Shown here: positions 22,677-31,808 of the stretch, piece after piece
Layout of the letters: every line of letters begins with the position of its first letter
Position numbering within the stretch: position 1 is the first letter of the stretch
From: Nitrosopumilus sp.
GTDB taxonomy: Archaea > Thermoproteota > Nitrososphaeria > Nitrososphaerales > Nitrosopumilaceae
Length of the DNA stretch: 32,000 nt
Reading direction: 5' to 3'
Assembly (NCBI RefSeq): GCF_025699255.1
Contig: NZ_JAILWA010000002.1
Location: 164,948-196,947 of the forward strand
Program-made: the position numbers and the translations under genes
Notes under the pieces: model-generated
Databases searched by the model: none
The model's input: only the letters and a program-made list of their open reading frames with translations
What the model was told of the DNA's origin: nothing

Positions 22677-24224
22677 GTGCATTCTGAAAAGATTGAGGAT
22701 TATACTAAAAAGAAAAACACATCATTACAAGGTGGCGGCCAAGATAGAATCAAGGCACAACATGATAAGGGAAAATTAACAGCTCGTGAAAGAATTGATT
22801 TACTACTTGATGAGGGCTCTTTTGTAGAAATTGATCCAATGACTACACATCATTATCATGAATATGATATGCAGAAAAAGAAATTCTTTACTGATGGTGT
22901 AGTTGGAGGATATGGAAATGTAAATGGCAGACAAATCTTTGTTTTTGCATATGATTTTACTGTTCTTGGTGGAACACTAAGTCAGATGGGAGCTAAAAAA
23001 ATCTGTAAACTAATGGATCATGCAGTTAAAACTGGATGTCCAATTATTGGAATTATGGATTCTGGTGGCGCTAGAATTCAAGAGGGAATAATGAGTCTTG
23101 ATGGATTTGCAGATATCTTTTATCATAATCAACTTGCATCAGGTGTAATTCCACAAATTACTGCAAGTATAGGACCTTCTGCAGGTGGTTCTGTATATTC
23201 ACCTGCTATGACAGACTTTGTTATCATGGTAGAAAAAGCAGGAACTATGTTTGTTACAGGACCTGATGTTGTTAAGACAGTATTAGGTGAGGAAATATCT
23301 TTTGATGATCTTGGAGGTGCAATGACTCATGGTTCAAAAAGCGGTGTTGCACATTTTGTTGCAGATAATGAATACCAGTGTATGGATTACATTAAAAAAT
23401 TAATTTCATTTCTCCCACAAAATAATACTGAAGAACCACCTAAAACAAAAACAGATGATGATCCAAATAGATTAGATCATAATCTCATCAATATAATTCC
23501 TGAAAATCCATTACAACCTTATGATATGAAAGAAATCATAAATTCAATTGTAGATAATCATGAGTTCTTTGAAGTACATGAACTCTTTGCACCAAATGTT
23601 GTTGTAGGTTATGGAAGAATGGATGGACAAGTTGTTGGAATTATTGCAAATAACCCAATGCACCTTGCAGGTGCACTTGATATTGATTCATCAAACAAAG
23701 CAGCACGTTTTATTAGATTTTGTGATTCATTTAACATTCCAATAATTACTTTGGTAGATACTCCTGGATACATGCCTGGTTCTAATCAAGAGCATAATGG
23801 TATCATTAGACATGGTAGTAAATTGTTGTATGCATATTGTGAAGCAACTGTACCAAGAATTACTTTAGTAATTGGAAAAGCATATGGTGGTGCATACATT
23901 GCAATGGGGAGTAAAAATCTTAGAACTGATATGAATTATGCATGGCCAACTGCTAGATGTGCAGTTCTAGGTGGAGAAGCAGCTGTAAAAATCATGTATA
24001 GAAAAGAATTACAAACTGCTGAAGATCCTGAAGCACTTAAGAAACAATTAATTGATGAATTTGCAGAAAAATTTGAAAATCCTTACGTTGCTGCATCTCA
24101 TGGAACTGTTGATAATGTAATTGATCCTGCTGAAACAAGACCTATGTTGATTAAAGCACTCAAAATGCTTGTAAACAAGAGAGAAAAACAACTTCCAAGA
24201 AAACATGGTAATATCAATTTGTGA
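22677..24224 (+). CDS. pccB: Acetyl-CoA/propionyl-CoA carboxylase, carboxyltransferase subunit
   Basis: GGGQDRIKAQHDKGKLTARERIDLLLDEGSF, DSGGARIQEG, and duplicated crotonase-like halves. The GTG start is forced: TAG lies 9 nt upstream in frame, and the next ATG would delete conserved N-terminal motifs. Confidence 0.95.
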   Translation: MHSEKIEDYTKKKNTSLQGGGQDRIKAQHDKGKLTARERIDLLLDEGSFVEIDPMTTHHYHEYDMQKKKFFTDGVVGGYGNVNGRQIFVFAYDFTVLGGTLSQMGAKKICKLMDHAVKTGCPIIGIMDSGGARIQEGIMSLDGFADIFYHNQLASGVIPQITASIGPSAGGSVYSPAMTDFVIMVEKAGTMFVTGPDVVKTVLGEEISFDDLGGAMTHGSKSGVAHFVADNEYQCMDYIKKLISFLPQNNTEEPPKTKTDDDPNRLDHNLINIIPENPLQPYDMKEIINSIVDNHEFFEVHELFAPNVVVGYGRMDGQVVGIIANNPMHLAGALDIDSSNKAARFIRFCDSFNIPIITLVDTPGYMPGSNQEHNGIIRHGSKLLYAYCEATVPRITLVIGKAYGGAYIAMGSKNLRTDMNYAWPTARCAVLGGEAAVKIMYRKELQTAEDPEALKKQLIDEFAEKFENPYVAASHGTVDNVIDPAETRPMLIKALKMLVNKREKQLPRKHGNINL

Positions 24225-24227
24225 TTA

Positions 24228-25718
24228 ATGATGATTGAAAAAGTACTAATTGCTAATAGAGGAGAAATTGCACTTAGAGTAATTAGAACATGCAATGCAT
24301 TAGGAATCAAGACTGTTGCAGTATATTCTGATGAAGATCGCAATTCATTACATGTAAAGAAAGCTGATGAATCTTATCATATCGGTGAGGCAGCTCCTGC
24401 AAAATCCTATCTAAATCAAGAAAAAATTCTTGATGTTATGTTATCTTCAGGTGCTAATGCTGTACATCCTGGTTATGGTTTTCTATCTGAAAATGATGAC
24501 TTTGCAAGATTATGTGAAAAAAATAAAATTACTTTCATTGGTCCTTCTGCTGACTCTATGAATTTGTGTGGTGATAAGATGGAATGTAAAGCTGCAATGC
24601 TCAAAGCTAAAGTTCCGACTGTTCCTGGGAGCCCAGGATTAGTTAAAGATGCAAATGATGCAGCAAAAATTGCAAATGATATTGGATATCCTGTAATGTT
24701 AAAATCAGTTTATGGTGGTGGTGGTCGAGGAATTAGAATAGTAACTAATGACAAAGAATTACATGAAGGTTTTGAAACAGTAACCTCTGAATCTATTGCT
24801 GCTGTTGGAAAATCTGCTATTATTGTTGAAAAATTTCTAGAAAAAACAAGACACATTGAATATCAAATGTGTAGAGATCATCATGGGAATGCAGTACATA
24901 TTTTTGAAAGAGAATGCTCCATTCAAAGACGAAACCAAAAACTAATTGAACAAACTCCATCACCTGTAGTAGATGATGCAAAAAGAGAAGAAATTGGTGA
25001 AATAGTTGTTAGAGCAGCAGAAGCAGTTGATTATACTAATCTTGGTACAGCCGAATTCTTGAGAGCAGATAATGGTGAATTTTATTTTATTGAGATTAAC
25101 GCACGACTTCAAGTTGAACACCCTATTAGTGAAATGGTTTCAGGTTTAGACTTTGTAAAATTACAAATTGATATTGCAAACGGAGAACCACTTCCGTTCA
25201 AACAAAAAGATCTTAAGATGAACGGCTATGCTATTGAATGTAGAATTAATGCAGAAGATACATTTTTGGACTTTGCACCTTCAACTGGGCCTGTTCCAGA
25301 CGTAACAATTCCTGCAGGACCAAATGTTAGATGTGACACTTACCTTTATCCCGGATCCACGGTATCCCCATTTTATGATTCATTAATGGCAAAACTCTGT
25401 ACATGGGGACCAACATTTGAAGAATCTAGAACAAGAATGCTTACTGCATTAAATGATATGTATGTTGAAGGTGTTGAAACATCTATTCCTCTTTACAAAA
25501 CAATTCTAAACTCTGAAGAATACAAAAAGGGTGAACTATCAACTGACTTTTTGAAGCGTTATGATATGATTGATAAATTATCTGAAGACCTTAAGAAAGA
25601 AAAAGAAGAGAAAAGTGAAGCTGCTTTGGCTGCAGCCATTATTCATTCTGAATATTTTAAAAACAGAGTTCAAAGTAACACTACTGGCAATGCAACATGG
25701 AAAAATAAACTGGATTGA
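24228..25718 (+). CDS. accC: Biotin carboxylase subunit
   Basis: LIANRGEIALRVIR, HPGYGFLSEN, the ATP-grasp motif MLKSVYGGGGRGIR, and EINARLQVEHP. Confidence 0.95.
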   Translation: MMIEKVLIANRGEIALRVIRTCNALGIKTVAVYSDEDRNSLHVKKADESYHIGEAAPAKSYLNQEKILDVMLSSGANAVHPGYGFLSENDDFARLCEKNKITFIGPSADSMNLCGDKMECKAAMLKAKVPTVPGSPGLVKDANDAAKIANDIGYPVMLKSVYGGGGRGIRIVTNDKELHEGFETVTSESIAAVGKSAIIVEKFLEKTRHIEYQMCRDHHGNAVHIFERECSIQRRNQKLIEQTPSPVVDDAKREEIGEIVVRAAEAVDYTNLGTAEFLRADNGEFYFIEINARLQVEHPISEMVSGLDFVKLQIDIANGEPLPFKQKDLKMNGYAIECRINAEDTFLDFAPSTGPVPDVTIPAGPNVRCDTYLYPGSTVSPFYDSLMAKLCTWGPTFEESRTRMLTALNDMYVEGVETSIPLYKTILNSEEYKKGELSTDFLKRYDMIDKLSEDLKKEKEEKSEAALAAAIIHSEYFKNRVQSNTTGNATWKNKLD

Positions 25719-25724
25719 TGATTA

Positions 25725-26237
25725 ATGAACTATAAGATATCTGATATTGAAAAATCATTTGATGGAAGAATTGTTGAAAACTTGGGTAACAATGATTATG
25801 TAATTAAGATAAATGACAAAGAACATCAATTAAAAATTATTAACATGAATGCAAAAGGAATAGAGTTTATCTTAGATCAACAATATCATACAGCAAAATA
25901 TCTTGAGACTTTTACAAATGAAATGAATCTTGTAATTGATCATGTTCCGATTACACTTAACATGAACACTCATTTCGATGAAGTTGTTTTCAAAAATTCT
26001 GGTGGTGGTGGAACTGGCAGCGCTCAGTTAGCATTAAAGAGCCAAATTCCAGGAAAAGTTGTATCTATTGCAGTTGCTGAAGATGATTCGGTTAAGAAAG
26101 GAGATGTTGTATGTACACTAGAATCAATGAAAATGCAAGTTGCAGTAAAAGCTCACAAAGATGGGATTGTTAAAAATCTCAAAATCAAAGAAGGTGCAAC
26201 TGTTGCTAAAGGTGACATTATAACAGATTTAGAATAA
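25725..26237 (+). CDS. accB: Biotin carboxyl carrier protein
   Basis: C-terminal biotinyl domain with LESMKMQ (the biotinylated Lys in the MKM motif). Operon context supports the call. Confidence 0.9.
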   Translation: MNYKISDIEKSFDGRIVENLGNNDYVIKINDKEHQLKIINMNAKGIEFILDQQYHTAKYLETFTNEMNLVIDHVPITLNMNTHFDEVVFKNSGGGGTGSAQLALKSQIPGKVVSIAVAEDDSVKKGDVVCTLESMKMQVAVKAHKDGIVKNLKIKEGATVAKGDIITDLE

Positions 26238-26245
26238 AATAATTC

Positions 26246-26251
26246 TTTTTT
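26246..26251. terminator. Oligo-T tract between convergent accB and bcp
   Basis: A T6 run lies 9 nt after the accB stop, in a 15-nt convergent intergenic spacer. Confidence 0.3.
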
Positions 26252-26252
26252 C

Positions 26253-26726
26253 TTACTTTAAGAAATCTTTAATCTCTTCATAGTTTGGTTCTTTTAGAGG
26301 ATCTTCTGAAACCCATTTGTAACCAATTTTTCCATCTTCATTAATTATGAAAACAGAACGTTTAGCTGCATTGTAATCCTTGATGTGAAGTAAATCTGGC
26401 ATTAAAACACCATAATCTTTGATTGTCTTGCTTGTATAGTCTGCTAATAATGGAAAGTTAAAGTTGTGTTTTTCTGCAAATGCTTTGTTTGCAAATGGAC
26501 CATCATTACTAATTGCTATGACTTTGGCACCCATATCTGAAATTTCTTTCCAAGAGTCTCTAAATGTACAAAGTTCTACTTCACAAACAGGAGAACTAGC
26601 TGCTACTATGAATGACAGGACTATTTTTCCACCTTTAAATTCATCCAAAGTCCTCATTTTCAATTCTGTATCTGCTAGTTCAAAACTTGGAGCAGTATCA
26701 CCTACGTTTAATGACATGATCGCCAT
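26253..26726 (-). CDS. bcp: Peroxiredoxin, Bcp/PrxQ-type (AhpC/TSA family)
   Basis: Thioredoxin-fold peroxiredoxin layout with SPVCEVELCTFRD (C-x4-C, as in atypical 2-Cys Bcp). Confidence 0.8.
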   Translation of the reverse strand: MAIMSLNVGDTAPSFELADTELKMRTLDEFKGGKIVLSFIVAASSPVCEVELCTFRDSWKEISDMGAKVIAISNDGPFANKAFAEKHNFNFPLLADYTSKTIKDYGVLMPDLLHIKDYNAAKRSVFIINEDGKIGYKWVSEDPLKEPNYEEIKDFLK

Positions 26727-26796
26727 TTGGTGTTATCCTATTAAGTTCTTTACAAAAATTAATTTTTTCAAATTTTGATCCAAAAACGAAACATAC

Positions 26797-26807
26797 CTTT
26801 TTATACA
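26797..26807 (+). promoter_or_regulatory. Putative TATA box of the nuo operon
   Basis: CTTTTTATACA lies 23-33 nt upstream of the TTG start at 26830. Confidence 0.4.
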
Positions 26808-26829
26808 AAAATCAGGGTGAAAAGCTAAA

Positions 26830-27204
26830 TTGGTCGGGGAATTAGCGGGCAATTATAGTACCGTTGTATTGATGTTTGCGTTTGGCATAGTAGCAATGGC
26901 ACCAGCTTTAGTTATTTCAAGAATGATCTCTCCTCGAAAAAGAAGTAATCCTGTAAAATTTTTGCCAATGGAATGTGGCCAAGTCCCATCCGGAGAAGGA
27001 AGAACACATTTCATGATGCAATATTATCCGTATATCCTAATGTTTGTAGTATTTGATGTGATGGCAATTTTCTTGTACGCATGGGGAAGTGCACTTTTAG
27101 AAATTCCAAAAATTGCAACTTTACCAATGATGGGGTTCTTAGCTATAATGTTTGGTGCAATGGCGTTTGCATTATACCAATCCGGGAGGAGAAGAATATG
27201 GTAG
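26830..27204 (+). CDS. nuoA: NADH:quinone oxidoreductase (NDH-1) subunit A
   Basis: Three TM helices with the PMECGQ motif. TTG is the first possible start after the in-frame TGA at 26818-26820. The first ATG would truncate TM1. Confidence 0.8.
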   Translation: MVGELAGNYSTVVLMFAFGIVAMAPALVISRMISPRKRSNPVKFLPMECGQVPSGEGRTHFMMQYYPYILMFVVFDVMAIFLYAWGSALLEIPKIATLPMMGFLAIMFGAMAFALYQSGRRRIW

Positions 27205-27244
27205 TTTTTTATATAAATTGCATTTACGAGGATAGGGGATAAAA

Positions 27245-27769
27245 TTGCTTAAAGATTTAGTTACACCAGAAAATGCAAATGTCTTTGTCGGAAAGTTAGG
27301 AGACATTTTAGAAAAAGCAATTGATAAACCATTGGGCTATGCCATTAATTGGGGTAGAATTTGGTCACTCTGGCCTGTCCACATTGAAACAGCTTGTTGC
27401 AGTGTAGAATTTGGTGCAGCATCAAGTCCTAGATATGATGTTGAAAGATTTGGTATCATTGAAGCGTTTGGTTCACTCAGACAATGTGATCTTGTAGTTG
27501 TTCAAGGAACTATTACAAGAAAGATGGCACCACGTCTCAGATTAGTTTATGATCAAATGCCAGAACCAAAGTATGTAATTGCTATGGGAGCTTGTGCAAT
27601 TACTGGAGGATTGTATTTTGATTCATACAATGTACTTCCAGGAATTGATGGAGTTATTCCAGTTGATGTCTACGTTCCAGGTTGCCCACCTAGACCTGAA
27701 ACTCTCATTCAAGGATGTATGTTATTGCAAGAAAAAATTAAGAGAATGAAGGCTAGGAAGTTTGTATAA
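27245..27769 (+). CDS. nuoB: NDH-1 subunit B
   Basis: N2-cluster ligand motifs ACCSVEF, GACAITGG and PGCPP. The TTG start is forced (TAG at 27233-27235, no nearby ATG), with GAGGATAGGGGA upstream as a Shine-Dalgarno-like element. Confidence 0.9.
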   Translation: MLKDLVTPENANVFVGKLGDILEKAIDKPLGYAINWGRIWSLWPVHIETACCSVEFGAASSPRYDVERFGIIEAFGSLRQCDLVVVQGTITRKMAPRLRLVYDQMPEPKYVIAMGACAITGGLYFDSYNVLPGIDGVIPVDVYVPGCPPRPETLIQGCMLLQEKIKRMKARKFV

Positions 27770-28365
27770 TGAGTACTGAAACTGAAAATCCTTCTGCATC
27801 TGCCAACCCTGAAACAAAATCACCTCCACCTAAAGCTGCACCAAAAAAACCAGAGCCCGCACCTGTAGAATTACCTGCATTTGAAAAAGGTATTTCAGAT
27901 AAAATTGTTGAAAAATTTGGTGACAAAGTAGAAGTTGCATTTGTAAAAGAAGATAGAGTTAGAATTAATGTTGGAAGAGAAAATGTTCACGAAGTTGCTG
28001 AATTCATTCGTGATGGGCTAAATTATGATCATGTTGAATCTGTTTCAGGCGTAGATTACCCTCAAGATAATGAAATTGAAGTTGTTTATCATATCGGATC
28101 TTATTCTGATTCTTCATTAGCAAGACAAATTCTAGTTTTGGCTACAAGAGCTCAAAGAGAGACAAATCCAATTCCAGGAAATGATGCAACAAAACTTCCA
28201 ACACTTAGAGATGTTTTCTACAGTGTTGAATTTCATGAAAGAGAAGTTTTTGAAATGTTTGGCGTTTTCTTTGAAGGTCATCCTGATAATAGACGATTAC
28301 TTTTACCTGAAGATTGGGCAGATTTACCACCTCTTAGAAAGGACTTTGCAATAAAGGGACGATAG
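27769..28365 (+). CDS. nuoC: NDH-1 subunit C (30 kDa) with a Pro/Lys-rich N-terminal extension
   Basis: VEFHEREVFEMFGVFFEGHPDNRRLL is the NuoC signature. The start overlaps the nuoB stop (TAATG). Confidence 0.9.
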   Translation: MSTETENPSASANPETKSPPPKAAPKKPEPAPVELPAFEKGISDKIVEKFGDKVEVAFVKEDRVRINVGRENVHEVAEFIRDGLNYDHVESVSGVDYPQDNEIEVVYHIGSYSDSSLARQILVLATRAQRETNPIPGNDATKLPTLRDVFYSVEFHEREVFEMFGVFFEGHPDNRRLLLPEDWADLPPLRKDFAIKGR

Positions 28366-28367
28366 AT

Positions 28368-29504
28368 ATGACTACAGAATTACCACCAGGATTAGCACTC
28401 CAAAAAGTCGATGAGAGAATCATGACTCTCAATGTTGGTCCACAACATCCAGGTTCAGGGCACATGAGAATTGTTGTACAAATTGATGGTGATTACATTG
28501 TTGCTTGTGATCCAGATCCAGGATATGTTCATCGTGGAGAAGAAAAAATGGCCGAGTATAGAAATTACATTACAAATATTCCTCACTTAGAAAGACCAGT
28601 AATTCACGATTCGTGTAATGTCTTATACCCATATGTTTTGGGTGCAGAAGAACTTCTTGGAATTGAAGTTCCAGAACGTGCAAAGTATGTTCGAGTAATT
28701 GCATCTGAATTAAACAGATGTATTTACATCATGTACTGGCTTGCAATCTATGGAATCTTCTTAGGACACTCTACTATGTTTATGTGGCCTGCAGGAGATC
28801 GTGAACTCTTAATTGATCTTATGGAAAAAATGACTGGTGCTAGAGTAACACATGCACACTTTGTTCCAGGTGGAGTTAGAAATGATTTGCCACCAAACTT
28901 TGAAGATGTTTGTTTACGTCAAGTTAACTATTTTGAAAAGCGTATCAAAGAATATGCTGCAGTCTTTTATGATAATCCTATCTTAATTTCAAGAACAAGA
29001 GATACTGGAGTTTTATCTAGAGAAGATGCAATTCGATATGGAACAACTGGTTCTGTGCTTCGTGCAAGTGGTGTTGATTATGATCTTAGAATAAAGGAAC
29101 CATATGATGTCTATGATGAATTAGATGTCCACACCAATGTAATGAAAGAAGGAGATTCTTATGCAAGATCCAGAATTCCATGGCTTGACATGCTTGAGAG
29201 TTGTAATATTATTAGACAAGCATTACAAAAAATGCCAAAGTCTGGTTCTGTAAGAGTAAAACTAAAACCAAATCCAAAAACTAAGGGACTTGAATCTGTC
29301 TACAAACGTGTAGAGTCTGGTAGAGGTTCACTTGGTTGCTATATTGTATCTGATGCTAAAACAGAACCATATCGAGTAAAATTGAGCGTTCCTTCTTTTA
29401 GAAACTTGATTGCTTTACCAAATCTTCTCAAAGGTGAAAAACTTGGAAATATGCCATCAGTTTATTGGAGTCTAAACTATTGGCCAGTGGAGGCAGACCG
29501 ATAA
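28368..29504 (+). CDS. nuoD: NDH-1 subunit D (49 kDa)
   Basis: LNVGPQHPGSGHMR, GYVHRGEEK, and collinearity with NuoD down to the C-terminal end. Confidence 0.95.
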   Translation: MTTELPPGLALQKVDERIMTLNVGPQHPGSGHMRIVVQIDGDYIVACDPDPGYVHRGEEKMAEYRNYITNIPHLERPVIHDSCNVLYPYVLGAEELLGIEVPERAKYVRVIASELNRCIYIMYWLAIYGIFLGHSTMFMWPAGDRELLIDLMEKMTGARVTHAHFVPGGVRNDLPPNFEDVCLRQVNYFEKRIKEYAAVFYDNPILISRTRDTGVLSREDAIRYGTTGSVLRASGVDYDLRIKEPYDVYDELDVHTNVMKEGDSYARSRIPWLDMLESCNIIRQALQKMPKSGSVRVKLKPNPKTKGLESVYKRVESGRGSLGCYIVSDAKTEPYRVKLSVPSFRNLIALPNLLKGEKLGNMPSVYWSLNYWPVEADR

Positions 29505-30806
29505 ATGTCAGTTATTGCACCAAATTTCAAACTTAGTGAATTTATCAAATCATTACTTGATAATGCCTTTTGGGCTGTGTTTCTATTAGTTTTGATTGGT
29601 ATTCCAGCAGTGTTCATGGTTCTGTTTGTAATCGAAATGCCTGTTATCGATGGAGAATTACTTACACCATTCCTTGCATTAACTTGGATAGCGGATCCGT
29701 CACGTACTCTTCCAATTATTAAAGCATTCATGGCAACTGATATTTTCAGAGTTATGGCATTTCCAGGATTTGGATTTGCAGCACTATTGGCAGCAGCTAC
29801 AATTTTTGTTGAAAGAAAGATGCTTGCAAAATTACAATTAAGAGTTGGACCTTTCTACTGTGGAAAGGTTGAAGGTATTTTACAATTGATGGGTGATGGT
29901 CTAAAATTAATCTCAAAAGAAATTATCATTCCAGCAAAAGCTGATAAACCAATTTTCTGGGCTGCACCTGTATTGTTTGTTGCAACTGCCGCAGCATTTG
30001 TTGCATTCATTCCTGTAGCACCTGGTTGGGTTGTTGCAGATGTAGAGATGGGATTGCTAGGAGTATTTGCAGTAATTGGATTCTTCCCCATTATTACAAT
30101 TCTTTCTGCATGGTCTGCAAACAGCAAATTCCCATTCATTGGGGGCATCAGAGCATTATTCCAAATGGTCTCATTTGAAATTCCACTAATTTTGTCGTTA
30201 TTGGGAGTTGTAATGTTAACCGGTTCTCTCAATTTATCTGAGATTGCTGCTAGTCAATCTAGTTTTCCGTGGATTGTATTTTTGCCAGTTGGTGCAATTG
30301 TATTTTTCATAACCATGCTTGCAGAGTTGGAAAGAATTCCATTTGATTTGCCAGAGGCAGAAAGTGAGATTGTAGCCGGATGGTTAACTGAATTATCTGG
30401 AATGATGTATGGACTTGTCCAATTAGGAACTTATCTCAAACTCTATGCATTTGCAGGATTGTTTGTTGTACTTTTCTTGGGTGGATGGAATGGTCCGATG
30501 GTTGTACCTCCATTCCCAGCAGAGCTTCTTGAAAAAGGAATTGAAATGGGTCCTATCACTGCAGGACCATTCCCTGGATTGCCATTATTTACTCAAGAGA
30601 TGCTTAATGGTACACTTTGGTTTGTTCTAAAAACTGTAGGTGTCATATTCTTCATATTGTTACCAAGAGGTGTATTCCCAAGAATCAGAGTTGATATGTT
30701 ATTGAGTCTTGGATGGACCAAATTAATTGGTCTAGCTTTCGTTAACATCTTTATTGCACTTGGCTTGCTTTACGCTGGAGTGTTAGGACCGGGAGGATTA
30801 CAATAA
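29505..30806 (+). CDS. nuoH: NDH-1 subunit H, long form (433 aa)
   Basis: FVERKMLAKLQLRVGP, ELERIPFDLPEAESE and PRIRVD are NuoH hallmarks. The ATG directly follows the nuoD stop. An internal Met at 29730 would give a canonical-length protein. Confidence 0.85.
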   Translation: MSVIAPNFKLSEFIKSLLDNAFWAVFLLVLIGIPAVFMVLFVIEMPVIDGELLTPFLALTWIADPSRTLPIIKAFMATDIFRVMAFPGFGFAALLAAATIFVERKMLAKLQLRVGPFYCGKVEGILQLMGDGLKLISKEIIIPAKADKPIFWAAPVLFVATAAAFVAFIPVAPGWVVADVEMGLLGVFAVIGFFPIITILSAWSANSKFPFIGGIRALFQMVSFEIPLILSLLGVVMLTGSLNLSEIAASQSSFPWIVFLPVGAIVFFITMLAELERIPFDLPEAESEIVAGWLTELSGMMYGLVQLGTYLKLYAFAGLFVVLFLGGWNGPMVVPPFPAELLEKGIEMGPITAGPFPGLPLFTQEMLNGTLWFVLKTVGVIFFILLPRGVFPRIRVDMLLSLGWTKLIGLAFVNIFIALGLLYAGVLGPGGLQ

Positions 30807-31303
30807 TGGGAACTGCAACTGGAATTATTCGTGCACTCAATTCTGGAATTAAACATATTGCAACAAAACGATTTACATTACGTTATCCTGAAGAGAAACT
30901 AAAGTTTGTAGGTGATGGTTATCAGTTTGATCCATCTACTGGGGTTGGAATTGCAGGATTAAAAGGACGACATATGTTATTCCATGATCACTGTACTGGT
31001 TGTCAATTGTGTTCTATTGCATGTGAAGGTGTGGCAGAAGCTATTGCAATGGTAAAAGTTCCAGAAGAACAAAAACAAAATAAAAAATCAATCATGCCTC
31101 AAATTGATTATGGAAAATGTGTTTTCTGTGGTCTTTGTGTAGATGCATGTCCATTCTATGCACTTTACATGACAAATGATTATGAATTATCTTCATTTAC
31201 GAAAGAAGGTTTGATTTACACCCCTGCACAACTTCAGGTAAAACCATATGTTGCTCAGGACAGTGAAATCCAAATATCTGATAGAGGTGCAACACATGGC
31301 TGA
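30806..31303 (+). CDS. nuoI: NDH-1 subunit I (2x[4Fe-4S] ferredoxin-type)
   Basis: CTGCQLCSIACE and CVFCGLCVDACP. The start overlaps the nuoH stop (TAATG). Confidence 0.9.
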   Translation: MGTATGIIRALNSGIKHIATKRFTLRYPEEKLKFVGDGYQFDPSTGVGIAGLKGRHMLFHDHCTGCQLCSIACEGVAEAIAMVKVPEEQKQNKKSIMPQIDYGKCVFCGLCVDACPFYALYMTNDYELSSFTKEGLIYTPAQLQVKPYVAQDSEIQISDRGATHG

Positions 31304-31808
31304 TGCAGCATTTCTTGCATTAACTGTAATTACAATTGGTTCAGCAATTGCTGCACTAGAATTACGTTCGTTGATTTATGGTTCTATTGCTTTGATGGGA
31401 ACTTTGGGTGGAATAGCCGGATTCTTTTTCTTGCTTGATGCACCATTTGTTGCATTATTCCAATTAGCTGTCTATGTAGGTTCCATTGCTGTTTTGATTT
31501 TGTTTACTGTGATGTTAGTAAAAAGAGAATTAATCTTCAAAAAAATTGAAGATAAAAGAAGGAAATTTGCAGGTATTGGTTTGATGCTTGTGATTATGGT
31601 TTCATTAGGGGCAGTATTTTTGGATTCAGGAATCAAAACAATAACTACTGATGAACCTGCAACTGACTTTAGAGATATAGGAACTGACTTTGTAACGTAT
31701 TATTGGCCTGCATTAATCTTGATGGGATTATTACTTGCTGGCTCTGTTACTGGTGCACTAATTTTAGCCAAACGTGAGGATGTGGAGAATGACCAGCGAG
31801 CTAGTTGA
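31296..31808 (+). CDS. nuoJ: NDH-1 subunit J
   Basis: A hydrophobic protein with typical NuoJ layout (MADAAFLALTVITIGSAIAALE...). ATG at 31296 overlaps nuoI by 8 nt. The listed start at 31248 would overlap nuoI by 56 nt. Confidence 0.8.
   Translation: MADAAFLALTVITIGSAIAALELRSLIYGSIALMGTLGGIAGFFFLLDAPFVALFQLAVYVGSIAVLILFTVMLVKRELIFKKIEDKRRKFAGIGLMLVIMVSLGAVFLDSGIKTITTDEPATDFRDIGTDFVTYYWPALILMGLLLAGSVTGALILAKREDVENDQRAS

Noticed and set aside
31248-31295. Longer nuoJ start (listed ORF from 31248).
   Set aside because: It would overlap nuoI by 56 nt and add a non-hydrophobic leader. The ATG at 31296 gives the typical NuoJ N-terminal helix and a normal 8-nt overlap.
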